The translations under genes were made by a program, and so were the position numbers. A stretch of DNA of 64,000 nt. Source: Chiloscyllium plagiosum. Taxonomy: Eukaryota. The DNA lies in the NCBI RefSeq assembly GCF_004010195.1, contig NC_057719.1:90254515-90318514 (forward strand), given 5' to 3'. Each line of letters opens with the position of its first letter. The first letter of the stretch is position 1. This document shows, in pieces, positions 12,123 to 22,606 of the stretch. The notes beneath the pieces are model-generated. The model worked only from the letters and a program-made list of their open reading frames with translations, did no database searches and was not told the origin of the DNA.

Positions 12123-12284
12123 CTTGGGAAGCAGCTACTTGAGGAGCTGAACCAATCGTAGGTTTTGACATTGGGGCAGAAGAGAATGGATCTTCCACTT
12201 GATCACTGAACGCATGTGTTATCTGAGAGCACAAGGAGCTTATACTGTCCGCTTCACCTGCAGTCTCACCTTCCATTTCAGGCA
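12123..12284 (-). CDS. NUMB: NUMB exon (VPEMEGETAGEADSISSLCSQITHAFSDQVEDPFSSAPMSKP...), 162 nt, contains the first DPF motif
   Basis: Not in the ORF track in this frame; translated by hand. Borders are attcag| and |gttcgt. Phase 1-1. DPF at 12184-12192. Confidence 0.94.
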
Positions 12285-12785
12285 CTGAATAAAGAGATGC
12301 AAGAACAATTTCAATAATGTTGACAATGTCTGATGTATTTCCTCAATTAAGTATTTTATCACATTCAGTGCAGTCCAAAATAACAAACCACAGGGTAAAC
12401 ATACAGTCAAGAGCATGTCCTGTACCACTTGCTGTTGACCACACTATGTGATACTGAAAAGCTGCAAGTGCCCACAATACCACATGTAAACATGAATCAG
12501 CATCCTGAAATCATGGAGATTTAAGTATAAAACAGGGCATTGAACATACAAATCACACAGATTAGATCACAGTCTATATATGATCTTTAATGATAGCTGG
12601 GGTGAGCTTGGGGCTGGTTTTTGAGTTAGTAAGTAGGAGATTTTGCTGAAGTTAATAGTTAACTTTTCTGAAGTTAAATATTTACGCAAACATGAAGATT
12701 TCTTTTAAGTTCAAAGTTTGTGAGAAGATTTGTAGCTCGGGTGCTCGTTGCTGTGGTTCTGTTCTCCGAGCTGGAAGTTTTTGTT

Positions 12786-12825
12786 GCAAACGTTTCGTCC
12801 CCTGTCTAGGTGACATCCTCAGTGC
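12786..12825 (-). ncRNA. Minimal hammerhead ribozyme motif (Penelope family B)
   Basis: GCA-CUGAGGA-U-GUCACCU...AGGGGAC-GAAAC-GUU-UGC: core boxes, stem II, ACGU palindromic stem III and a 3-bp stem I. Confidence 0.7.
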
Positions 12826-13282
12826 TTGGGAGCCTCCTGTGAAGCGCTTCTGTGGTGTTTCCTCCGGCATTTATAGTGGCCTGTCCCTGCCGCTTCCGGT
12901 TGTCAGTTTCAGCTATCCGCTGTAGTGGCCGGTATATTGGGTCCAGGTCTATGTGTTTGTTGATGGAGTTTGTGGATGCGTGCCATGCTTCTAGGAATTC
13001 CCTGGCTGTTCTTTGTTTCACTTGCCCTATAATGGTAGTGTTGTCCCAGCCAAATTCATGTTGCTTGTCGTCTNNNNNNNNNNNNNNNNNNNNNNNNNNN
13101 NNNNNNNNNNNNNNNNNNNGCATGGCACTCATCCACAAATTCCATCAACAAACACATAGACCTGGACCCAAAATACCGACCACTACTGCGGACAGCTGAA
13201 ACTGACAACCGGAAGCGGCAGGGACAGGCCACTATAAATGCCGGAGGAAACACCACAGAAGCGCTTCACAGGAGGCTCCCAA

Positions 13283-13322
13283 GCACTGAGGATGTCACCT
13301 AGACAGGGGATGAAACGTTTGC
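13283..13322 (+). ncRNA. Minimal hammerhead ribozyme motif (Penelope family B, second arm)
   Basis: CUGAGGA at 13286-13292, GAAA at 13312-13315, then CGUUUGC. Confidence 0.65.
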
Positions 13323-13429
13323 AACAAAAACTTCCAGCTTAGAGAACAGAACCACAGCATTTCTTTTAAGTAACAGAGTTTGGAACCTTGCTGTTGAGTG
13401 AATGGGTTTGTGCACTTGTTGAATTTTCA

Positions 13430-13557
13430 AAGAAAGTGAGGACTGCAGATGCTGGAGATTAAGAATCGAGAATGTAGAGCTGGAAAAGCATAGCTGGTCA
13501 GGCAGCATCTGAGGAGCAGGAGAATTGACGTTTCGGGCATAATCCCTTCAGCAGGAA
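13430..13557 (-). mobile_element. Penelope-derived terminal fragment, family A
   Basis: Single arm of the family A palindrome ending in gacgtttcgggcataatcccttcagcagg, a hammerhead remnant on the minus strand. Confidence 0.75.
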
Positions 13558-13654
13558 GGGGAATTTTGTTTACTTGAGAAGTTTGTGGTCCAACTACAGC
13601 TGAAGGGAACCATCCGAAAGAGAGCGCGAGCGAGAGCGATCAGAATTAACATTT

Positions 13655-13820
13655 GAGTCGTCCATTCAGAAGTCTGAAACAGTGTGAAGAAGTCATTCTT
13701 GAATCTGTTCATACATGTATTCAAACTTGTATATCTTCTGCCTGATGGACGAGGGTGGAAGAGTGTATAAACTGGAATGGGAGAAGTCTTTGATTATATT
13801 GGTTGCTTTCCTGAAAGCAG
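13655..13820 (-). mobile_element. Rex1/Babar-type LINE 3' fragment
   Basis: Minus strand encodes RKATNIIKDFSHSSYTLFHPRPSGRRYTSLNTCMNRFKNDFF, resembling the C-terminus of Rex1/Babar ORFs. Confidence 0.7.
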
Positions 13821-14704
13821 TGCTTCTGAGAAGGGAATAATAGATTACATTGGAGTGAAGAGTGTCAGTCCCAGACCAGAACTGTTGAGGTGTAAACCTG
13901 GAAAAGGTTAATTAAGTGAGTGAACTGAAGTTAAAATATATAGTTGCTCCAAGAAGGTGCATCTGCAGTTACAGTCTAAAAGTGAAGTTGCAGGAGATTT
14001 AACCATACTGAGTTGTTAGATACAGGGATTCCAATGAAAGTATTATTTGAATGGCGTATTTGAAATCTGCACCAGGAGTGGTGTATTAGTTACTCTATAG
14101 AAGTGATATATTTTTTCAATTTATAAAGTAGTATTCTGGGATTAATGGGATTGTATTTTACTGTGTTTAAGACATTTGTATTTGCATTGTAAACAGTGTT
14201 TGGATTACTGTATTGGAGCATAATTTGTTTTGTAATAAATGCCTTTTGTTGTTAAAGCAAAATCTGTAGCATGAGAGATCACTTTGTTAAAAGCGAAATA
14301 AATAAAATTAAGAAGTATCAATCCAGATCCTGTCTGGCTTCTGACTTGTCCGTTAATAATATCAGCTCGGATAATTAAAAGAACAATACATCAATAAACA
14401 CTTTAACATAGAGCATGACAATTTCCCTTTGTCTAAACATTAACTCTGAAAGGAAGAATGAGAGTTTAGTATCAAATGAGAAACAAAAAAAAACAAACAA
14501 TCAGGACTATGCATCTGCTGCAAGAGGAGTTTGTTACAAAGTTGACTTCAAGATCAGACAAGATTCCATTTAATCAGGAATAAAAAGGGACAAGATTTTA
14601 CCATTGGGTTTGAACATCTCATTCTGGCATTGACTGGATTCTCATTAAAATACATTTTCCACAATACATGTGGGTGAATTTTGTAGTCTTCATAAGCCTT
14701 CAAA

Positions 14705-14900
14705 GGGAGAGGTGATGGCCTAGCTGTATGATGATGAATCCAAAAAGTCAGCTAATGTTCTGCGGACCCGGGTTCCAACCCCACCAGGGCAAATGGTGGA
14801 GTTTGAATTCATTAAAATAATGACATCACTGTCGATTGTCAGAAAAAAAAAACATCTGGCTGACTAATAACCTGCAAGAAAAGAAAACTTCCATCTTCAA
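14705..14900 (+). mobile_element. Second SINE family, 5' part
   Basis: B-box-like gggttccaacc. Homologous to 55757-56030 and, inverted, to 9070-9385. Confidence 0.55.
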
Positions 14901-16130
14901 GTGGTGTAGACAGGCAGGAGGCACAGACACAGCAAGCCAGGCAGCATCAGATGGAGAAGTCGAAGTTTTAGGTGTAACCCTTCTTCCAGACTGGGTGTGG
15001 GTGTGGGGGGAGCTGCAGATAAAGGGGGACACATGGAAAAGATAGTGAAGTGGGGAGAGGTGAAGTTAGGTCGAGGGTACGACCTGATTGGTCAATCGGA
15101 GTAATGAATCCGGTTGGTGGCTGGGAGCAGTGGTAGGGAGGGGGAGGGGGAGGGAGCTGGGGAATGGAGAGGGAGGTTATTTGAAATTGGAGAACTCAGT
15201 GTTGAGTCCTCTGGGCTGCAGGCTGCCCAGGCGGAAGATGAGGTTTTCTTTTGCCAATTTGAGCTGTGGCTTGTTTTGACAATGAAGGCGGCCAAGGATG
15301 TTCATGTTGGAAAGGGAGTGGTTGGGGGAATTGAAATGAGCAGTGACTGGGAGGTCCGGTCAGCCCCTGCGAGCCCGGCTGTGATGCTCAGTGAACCATT
15401 CCCTAAGTTTCCGTTCGGTCTCTCAGATGTAGAGAAGATCACATCGCAAGGACGTGATGCAGTAAACTCGGTTGGAAGAGAGGCAGGTGTACCTCTGTCT
15501 TAGGAAGGACTGTTTGGGGGCCCTGGATAGAGGTAAGGGGGTGGTGTACTGCCAAGTTTTGCACCTTTTCTGGTTGCAGGGAAGGTACCTGGGGGTTCGG
15601 GGGACAGTCAATGGGGAGAGTGGCGCAAACCAAGGATCATCGAGGGGAAGCAAGAGGGGGAGATGTTCTTGGTGGTGGGTCTAGTTGGAGTTGGCAGAAG
15701 TGTTTGAGGATGTTGTGTTGGATGCAGATACTGGTGGGTGGTAGGTGAGGACAAGGGGACTTTGTCTTTATTGCATTGGGGTGAGATTTAGAGAGGTGGA
15801 ATAGGGATTGGAGTTGGTGCGGTGGAGGGCTGTCTGGATGATGGAGGGAGGAAAGGCACGTTGTTCAAAATAGGTGGACATCTGGGATGCGCACGAGCGT
15901 AATGTCTCCTTGTCCAAGCATATGTGGCTGAGGAATTGGGAGAATGGGATAGAGTTCTTTCAGGATTCTGGGTGGAAAGAGGTGTAGTTCAGGTAGTTAT
16001 GGGAGTCTGTGGGTTTATAGTAATCGTCCATCTGGGGGACTGTCGCCAGAGATGGAAATGGTGAGGTTAAGAAAGAGGAGGGAGGTGTTGAAGATGCACC
16101 GTGAATTTGAGGGCGGGGTGCAAGTTGTGG
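14901..16130 (-). mobile_element. Penelope-like element: RT C-terminus, GIY-YIG domain and terminal repeat
   Basis: HNLHPALKFT near 16100-16130; PCNQKRCKT and RYTCLSSNRVYCI..RCDLLYI in ORF 15423..15653. The family A-like terminus is at 14915-14990. Confidence 0.85.
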
Positions 16131-16194
16131 GCTCCATTCAGACCCAACAGGCTGAATGACTTAATTTCTCCTCCTATGTCTTACGTTCTTAACC

Positions 16195-17790
16195 CTAATG
16201 ATCCTGCAAAGTTCTCCTGACTGACATGTAAATGTTGGGGTGGGGGAGGACTAATGCCAAAACTGGCACAGATGTTTCACAGACTAATGAAGCAACAGCC
16301 TGATACAGGTCCACTCACAAAATTATACTGTCCAGTATCGCAGACACCACCATCACCATCCCAGGTTAAATCCTATCCAACCAGCGGGGGAGACTCAGGA
16401 GAAACAGTGGCACAGTGGTATACACTCAGGAGGGAGTGGCCCTGGGAGTCCTTTGACTCCAGACTCCAAGAAGTCTCACCATTCAGATTAAACATGGGCA
16501 AGGAAACCTCCTGCTAATCATCATGCAGTTACCTCCCTCGACTGATGAAACAGCACTCCTCACATGTTGAGCAACACATCGTGGAAACACTGCAGGTGGC
16601 TAGGGCACAAAATGTACTCGGCGGGGGGGGGGGGCTCAGCAACACAATTACTGATTGAGGTGGTCAGGTCCTAAAGGACATTGCTGCGAGACTGGGTATG
16701 TGGCAGGTGACATGGGAACCAACAAGAGTGAAACACATTCTTGACCTCGTCCTTATTAATCTGCCATCTGGACATTGATGTGTCACTATGGGCTATCTGG
16801 AGCTTCAATATTCTATTCCAGTATGTGCCCCACTCAACTGTTACCATCAAGTCAGGAGATCAACTCTGGTTCACTGGAGTGCACGTGGGAGCAGCACTAT
16901 GCAAATCCAAAAAGGTTGCAACCTGGTGAAGCTACCAAACAAGACTATTTGCATGCCAACAGCTGAAGAAGCAAATGATAGACAGAGCTGAACAATCCCA
17001 CAAACAATGGATCGGATCGAAGCTCTGCAGTCCTGCCACATCCAGTCATGAATGATGGTGGACAATTGAACAATCCAACGGAAAAGGAGGCTTTGGAAAT
17101 ATTTCTGTCTGCATTAATATAGGAGCCCAACACCTTAGTGCAAAGGGTAGTGCTGAAGCATTCACAACAATCTTCAGCCAGAAGTGAATGGATGGTCCAT
17201 CTTGGTCTCCTCCAGTAGTCCCGAGCATTACAGTTACCAGTAATTGTCTTCAAACAATTCAATTCACACCACTTGATAACAAGAAATGTTTGTAGTAGAA
17301 ACTGCAACGGCTATACTCTAACAACATTCCAGCAATAGTACTGAAGACTTGTGCTCCAGAATTTGCCCCATACCCTAGTCAAGGTCTTCCAATACAATAC
17401 AACACTGGCATTTACCCTGCAATGTGGCAAACTGTCCAGGTGTGCCCTGTTCACAAAAAGTGCCCTGTATACAAATCCAATCTGGCCAAAATACCGCTCC
17501 ATTAGTCTACTCTCGATCATCAGCAAAGTGATGGAAGATGTCATCAATGTCATCAAGCTAAACCTACTCATTAACAATCTGCTCAGTGCAAGTCAGACGC
17601 TAGGAACACTGTGGCAAATAACTCATCTCCTGTCTCCCAAAGCCTGTCCACCATGTACTAGGTACGAGTCAGGAGTGTGATGAAATACTCCCCACTTGCC
17701 TGGATGGGTGCAGCACTCCCCACTTGCCTGGATGGGTGCTTGACACCTTCCAGGACAAAGCAACCCACATCATTAGCACCACTTCCACTA
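16195..17790 (+). mobile_element. Degraded CR1-clade LINE, family 2 (endonuclease and RT)
   Basis: PKLAQMFHRLMKQQPD (endonuclease start) and YRSISLLSIISKVME (RT domain 1). The element resumes at ~19592-19645. Confidence 0.75.
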
Positions 17791-19534
17791 GCATAGAACA
17801 TTCCAGCGCAGCACAGGCCCTTCGGGCCCTCGGATGTTGCGCCAACCTGTGGAACCAATCTAAAGCCCATCTCACCTACATTATTCCATTATCATCCATG
17901 TATTTATCCAATGACCATTTAAATGCCTTAAAATTGGCGAGTCCACGATTGTTGCAAGCAGGGCATGCTACGCCCCTACTATGAGTAAAGAATCTACCTC
18001 GAACATCTGTTCGATATCTATCACCCCTCAGTTTAAAGCTATATCCCCTTGTGCTAGCCATCACCAGAGGAAAAAGGCTCTCACTGTCCAGCCTGTCTAA
18101 TCCTTTGATCATCTTGTGTGCCTCTATTAAGTCACCTCTTAACCTTATTCTTTTGAACAAAAACAGCCTCAGGTCCCTCAGCCTTTCCTCATAAGACCTT
18201 CCCTGCATATCAGGCAACATTCTGGTCAATCTCCTCTGCACCCTTTCCAAAGCTTCCACATCCTTCCTAAAATGCGGTGACCAGAACTGCACGCGATACT
18301 CCAAGTGTGGCCACACCAGAGTTTTGTACAGCTACAGTATGACCTTCTGGCTCCGAAACTCAATCCCTCTCTCAATAAAAGCCGATTCACCATGCACCTT
18401 CTTAACAACCTTCTCAACCTGGGTGGCAACTTTCAGGGACCTCTGTATATGGACACAGAGATCTCTCTGCTCATCTACACTACCAAGAATCTTACCACTG
18501 ACTTGCTGGTGTTGGACTGGGGTGGACTAAAAGTTAAAAATTACGCAACACCAGGTTATAGTCCATCAGGTTTATTTGGAAGCACTAGCTTTCTGAGCAC
18601 TGCTCTTTCAGGTGATTGTGGAGAATAAGATCACAATCACAGAATTTATAGCAAAAGGAGTCCAGTGTTACGGAGATGTGATACAGAAAGCAGTTTTAGA
18701 TTAAACCTTTCCTCGTTGAAAATTAGATATGCTAGTTTCTGTTCTTTGATGTGTAACTCCCAGAAATTCTTCTAAATTACATTCTCAAGATAGTTCAGCT
18801 TTTCTAACAACAGGTGTGAAGTTTGTGTCCCAATGTTTAATCAGACTGACATTCCCTCTGCATAGTTTTACATGGATGCATGCAGTTTTTGAGAAAAATA
18901 GTTTAAGAAGCTGAACTAACTTGAAAATGTAATTTAAAAGAAGTTCTAGGATTTACATATCAAAGAACAGAAACCAGCATATTCAAATTTAAAAGATGAA
19001 AGATTTAATCTAAAATTATAATGTATCACTTCTCCATGACACTGGACCCCTTTGGCTATAAATTTTGTGATCATGATCTTATTCTCCACAACCACCTGAT
19101 GGAGCAGTGCTCCAAAAGCTAGTGCTTCCAAATAAATCTGTTGGTCTATAACCTGGTGTTGATGATTTTTAATAAGAACCTTACCATTAGCCCAGTACTC
19201 TGCATTCCTGTTACTCATTCCAAAGTGAATCATCTCACACTTGACCGCATTAAACTCCATTTGCCCCTTCTCAGCCCGGCTCTGCAGCTTATCTGTGTCC
19301 CTCTGTAACCTGCAACATCCTTCAGCACTATCCACAACTCCACTGGCCTTAGTGTCATCTGCAAATTTACTAATCCATCCTTCTACATCCTCATCCAGGT
19401 CATTTATAAAAATGACAAACAGCAGTGGACTCAAAACAGATCCTTGCAGTACACCACTAGTAACTGAACTCCAGGATGAACATTTCTCATCAACCACCTT
19501 GTCTTGTTGGTCATCTTCTCAAAGAACTCGATAA
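17791..19534 (-). mobile_element. CR1/HER1-type LINE 3' half, interrupted by a Penelope palindrome
   Basis: ORFs 18946..19497 (SGVLQGSVLSPLLFVIFINDL...KFADDTK) and 17876..18316 (LEYRVQFWSP). Confidence 0.92.
18498..19173. mobile_element. Penelope-derived ~675-bp palindrome, family C
   Basis: 18533-18803 is the diverged reverse complement of 18905-19172. TSD aagaa(t/c)cttacca at 18485-18497 and 19174-19186. Degenerate hammerhead motifs in both arms. Confidence 0.82.
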
Positions 19535-19645
19535 GGTTTGGTACTGGGGAATGAACCAGGCCAGGTGTTATTAGATTTGGAAGTAGGTGATAGTTTTGTG
19601 GGTCTACCCATAACACATGAACTGAAGTGGTTCAAGTGGAGCTGG

Positions 19646-22135
19646 AACAAACAGAGTTTGTTACTCATGCCATGTGCTAGTGAGGCAAGGAATAGGGAGA
19701 GAGAGGAGTTGAACACGTGGCTTCAGGGATGGTGCAGGAGGGAGAGTTTCCGATAGCTGGATAATTGGGGCTCATTCTGGGGTAGGTGAGGCCTCTACAA
19801 ACAGAATGGTCTACACCTGAACCATATCCTGGAGAGGAAATTTGCTAATGCTGTTCAGGAGGGGTTAAACTAATTCAGCAGGGGGATGGGAATCTAAATT
19901 GTAGTTCCAGTGTCCAGGAGGTTGAGAGTAGTGAGATCAGAAATAAGGTTGCAAGAGTGCACCAGCAAGCAGGAAGATGGTTTGAAGTGTGTCTACTTCA
20001 ACGCCAGGAGCATCCAGAATAAGGTGGCTGATCTTGCAGCATGCATTGGTACCTGGGACTTCGATGTTGTGGCCATTTCGGACATATGGTTATTGCAGGG
20101 ACAGAAATGGTTGCTGCAGCTTCCAGGATTTAGAGGTTTCAATAAGAACAGATAAGATGGTAAAAAAAGGGGAAGGTGTGGCGTTGTTAGTCAAGCACAG
20201 TATTATGGTGGCAGACAGGACGTGTCTACTGAGGTAGTATGGGCTGAGGTTAGAAACAGGAAAGGAGAGGTCACCCTGCTGGCAGTTTTCTACAGGCCCC
20301 CGAATAGTTCCAGAGATGTAGAGGAAAGGACAGCAAAGGTGATTCTGGATAGGAGCGAGTGCGACAGGGTAGTTGTTATGGGGGACTTCACCTTTCCAAA
20401 TATTGCCTAGAAATACTATAGTTCGAGTACTTTAAATGGGTCAGTTTTCGTCGAATGTGTGCGCAGGAGGGTTCCCTGACACAGTATGTAGACAGGCCAA
20501 CAAGGGGGCGAGGCCACATTGGGTTTGGTACTGGGGAATGAACCAGGCCAGGTGTTATTAGATTTGGAAGTAGGTGAGCACTTTGGTGATAGTGACCACA
20601 ATTCAGTTATGTTTACTTTAGCAATGGAAAGGGATTGGTATATACCGCAGGGCAAGAGTTATAGCTGGGGGAAAGACAATTATGAGGTGATTGGGCAGGA
20701 TTTAGGATGGGGATGGAATCTGCAGGGGATGGGCACAATTGAAAGTGGAGCTTATTCAAGGAACAACTGCTGTGTATCCTTAGTAAGTATGTACCTGTCA
20801 GACAGGGAGGTCAAGTTGGGGGGCCGTGGTTTACTAAGGAAGTTGAATCTCTTATCAAGAGGAAGGAGGTGACTTATGTTAGGATGAGACATGAAGGTTC
20901 AGTTAGGGTGCTTCAGAGTTACAAGTTAGCCAGGAAAGACCTAAAGAGAGAACCAAGAAGAGCGAGGAGGGGACATGAAAACTTGTTGGCAGATAAGATC
21001 AAGGAAAACCCTAAAAGCTTTATCTCAGTATATCAGGAATAAAAGAATGACTAGAGAAAGATTAGGGCCAATCAAGGACAGTAGTGGGAAGTTATACATG
21101 GAGTCCGAGGAGATATGGGAAGCGCTAAGTGAATATTTTCCGTTGGTATTCACACTGACAAAAGACAATGTTGTCAAGGAGAAAACAGAGATACAGGCTA
21201 CTAGACTAGATGGGATTGAGGTTCACAAAGAGGTGGTGTTAACGACTCTGGAAAGTGTGAAAATAGATAAGTCCCCTGGGCCAGATAGGATTTATCTTGG
21301 GATTCTCTGAGAAGCCAAGGAGGAGATTGCAGAGCCTTTGGCTTTGATCTTTATGTCGTCATTGGCTGCAGGAATAGCGCCAGAAGACTGGAGGATAGCA
21401 AATGTAGTTCCATTGTTCAAGAGAGTAGAGACTACCCTGGTAATTATTGACCAGTGAGCCTTACTTCTGTTGTGGACAAAGTGTTGGAAAAGGTTTTAAG
21501 AGATAGGATTTATAATCATCTCGAAAGGAATTAGTTGATTAGGTCAACATGGTTTTGTGAAGGGTAGGTCGTGCCTCACAAACCTTATTGACTTCTTTGA
21601 AAAGGTGACCAACCAGGTGGATGAGGGTAAAGTGGTCCATGTGTTGTATAACGATTTCATTTAGGGGTTTGATAAGGTTACCACAGTAAGCTATTGCACA
21701 AAATACAGAGGCATGGGATTGAGGGTGATTTAGTGGTTTGGATCAGAAATTGGCTAGCTGAAAGAAGACAGTGGTGGTTGATGGGAAATGTTCATCCTGG
21801 AGCTCAGTTACTGGTGGTGTATCACAAGGATCTGTATTGGGGCCAGTGCTGTTTGTCATTTTTATTCCTTGGATGGTGATGGCTAGCACAAGGGGACATA
21901 GCTTTAAATTGTGCGGTAATAGATATAGGACAGATGTCAGAGGTAGCTTCTTTACTCAGTAGTAGGAGCATGGAATGCCCTGCCTGCAACAGTAGTAGAC
22001 TCTCCAACTTTAAGGGCATTTAATGGCCATTGGATAAACATATGGATGATAATGGAATAGTGTAAGATAGATAGGCTTCAGATTGGTTCCACAGATTGGC
22101 GCAACATTGAGGGCCGAAGGGCCTGTACTGCCAGG
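19646..22135 (+). mobile_element. CR1/HER1-type LINE: ORF1 end, endonuclease, partial RT with internal deletion, 3'UTR
   Basis: LKCVYFNARSI, VFYRPP, VVVMGDF, GDSDHN, KSPGPD and QGSVLGP motifs. The sequence jumps to the 3' end at ~21867. Confidence 0.93.
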
Positions 22136-22318
22136 TAGCGACACCCACATTCCAAGGAAGAATAAAAAAGCTAACTTTGCAGTGCATAGCTATAAAGTGC
22201 AAGTTTTCACAATTGTTAATACAAGTCAAATCTTTTACCGAGAAATCATTGCACAAATAACTGTTCTCTCCAATACCAATTAACTCAAACTCAAGTAGAA
22301 ACTCCCAGGACTTCATAC

Positions 22319-22606
22319 CTGTGTTTTTAATTTGGAAATCTGTCTTCCGCTGCATGGTTGAAGGCAATTCATTGATTCGAAGGGACATTTGCCTCTTGAA
22401 TGGGGACGTTGTCTGGCTCAGAACTGGGAATCCTCGGAAAGAGCCTTGCCTGGCGAGTTGCTCTACTGGTGCATGTCTTCTTGGAATGGCATGTATGTTG
22501 CTACATTCCTTGCTTTCTGTCACTGGGGGCGGGGCAGGTGGTGAAGCTGTTGGAGTTGCAGGTAACGCAACAGACGTGGAGACGACAATAGCTCGCTCTG
22601 CTTCAC
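22319..22606 (-). CDS. NUMB: NUMB exon with NumbF region (HAIPRRHAPVEQLARQGSFRGF...SLRINELPSTMQRKTDF), 288 nt
   Basis: Lies inside ORF 22020..22649. Acceptor cttgcag| is the best candidate of several nearby AGs; donor is |gtatga. Phase 1-1. Confidence 0.93.

Larger units (their letters stand above)
12711..13358. mobile_element. Penelope-like element with inverted terminal arms, family B; contains an assembly gap at 13074-13119
   Basis: 12746-12989 is the reverse complement of 13120-13359. The minus ORF ends a GIY-YIG domain (HEFGWDNTTII...AREFLEAWH...INKHIDLDPIY). TSD atttcttttaagt at 12698-12710 and 13359-13371. Confidence 0.88.

Noticed and set aside
17687..17739. 25-bp tandem duplication actccccacttgcctggatgggtgc
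   Set aside because: Local slippage inside a dead LINE.
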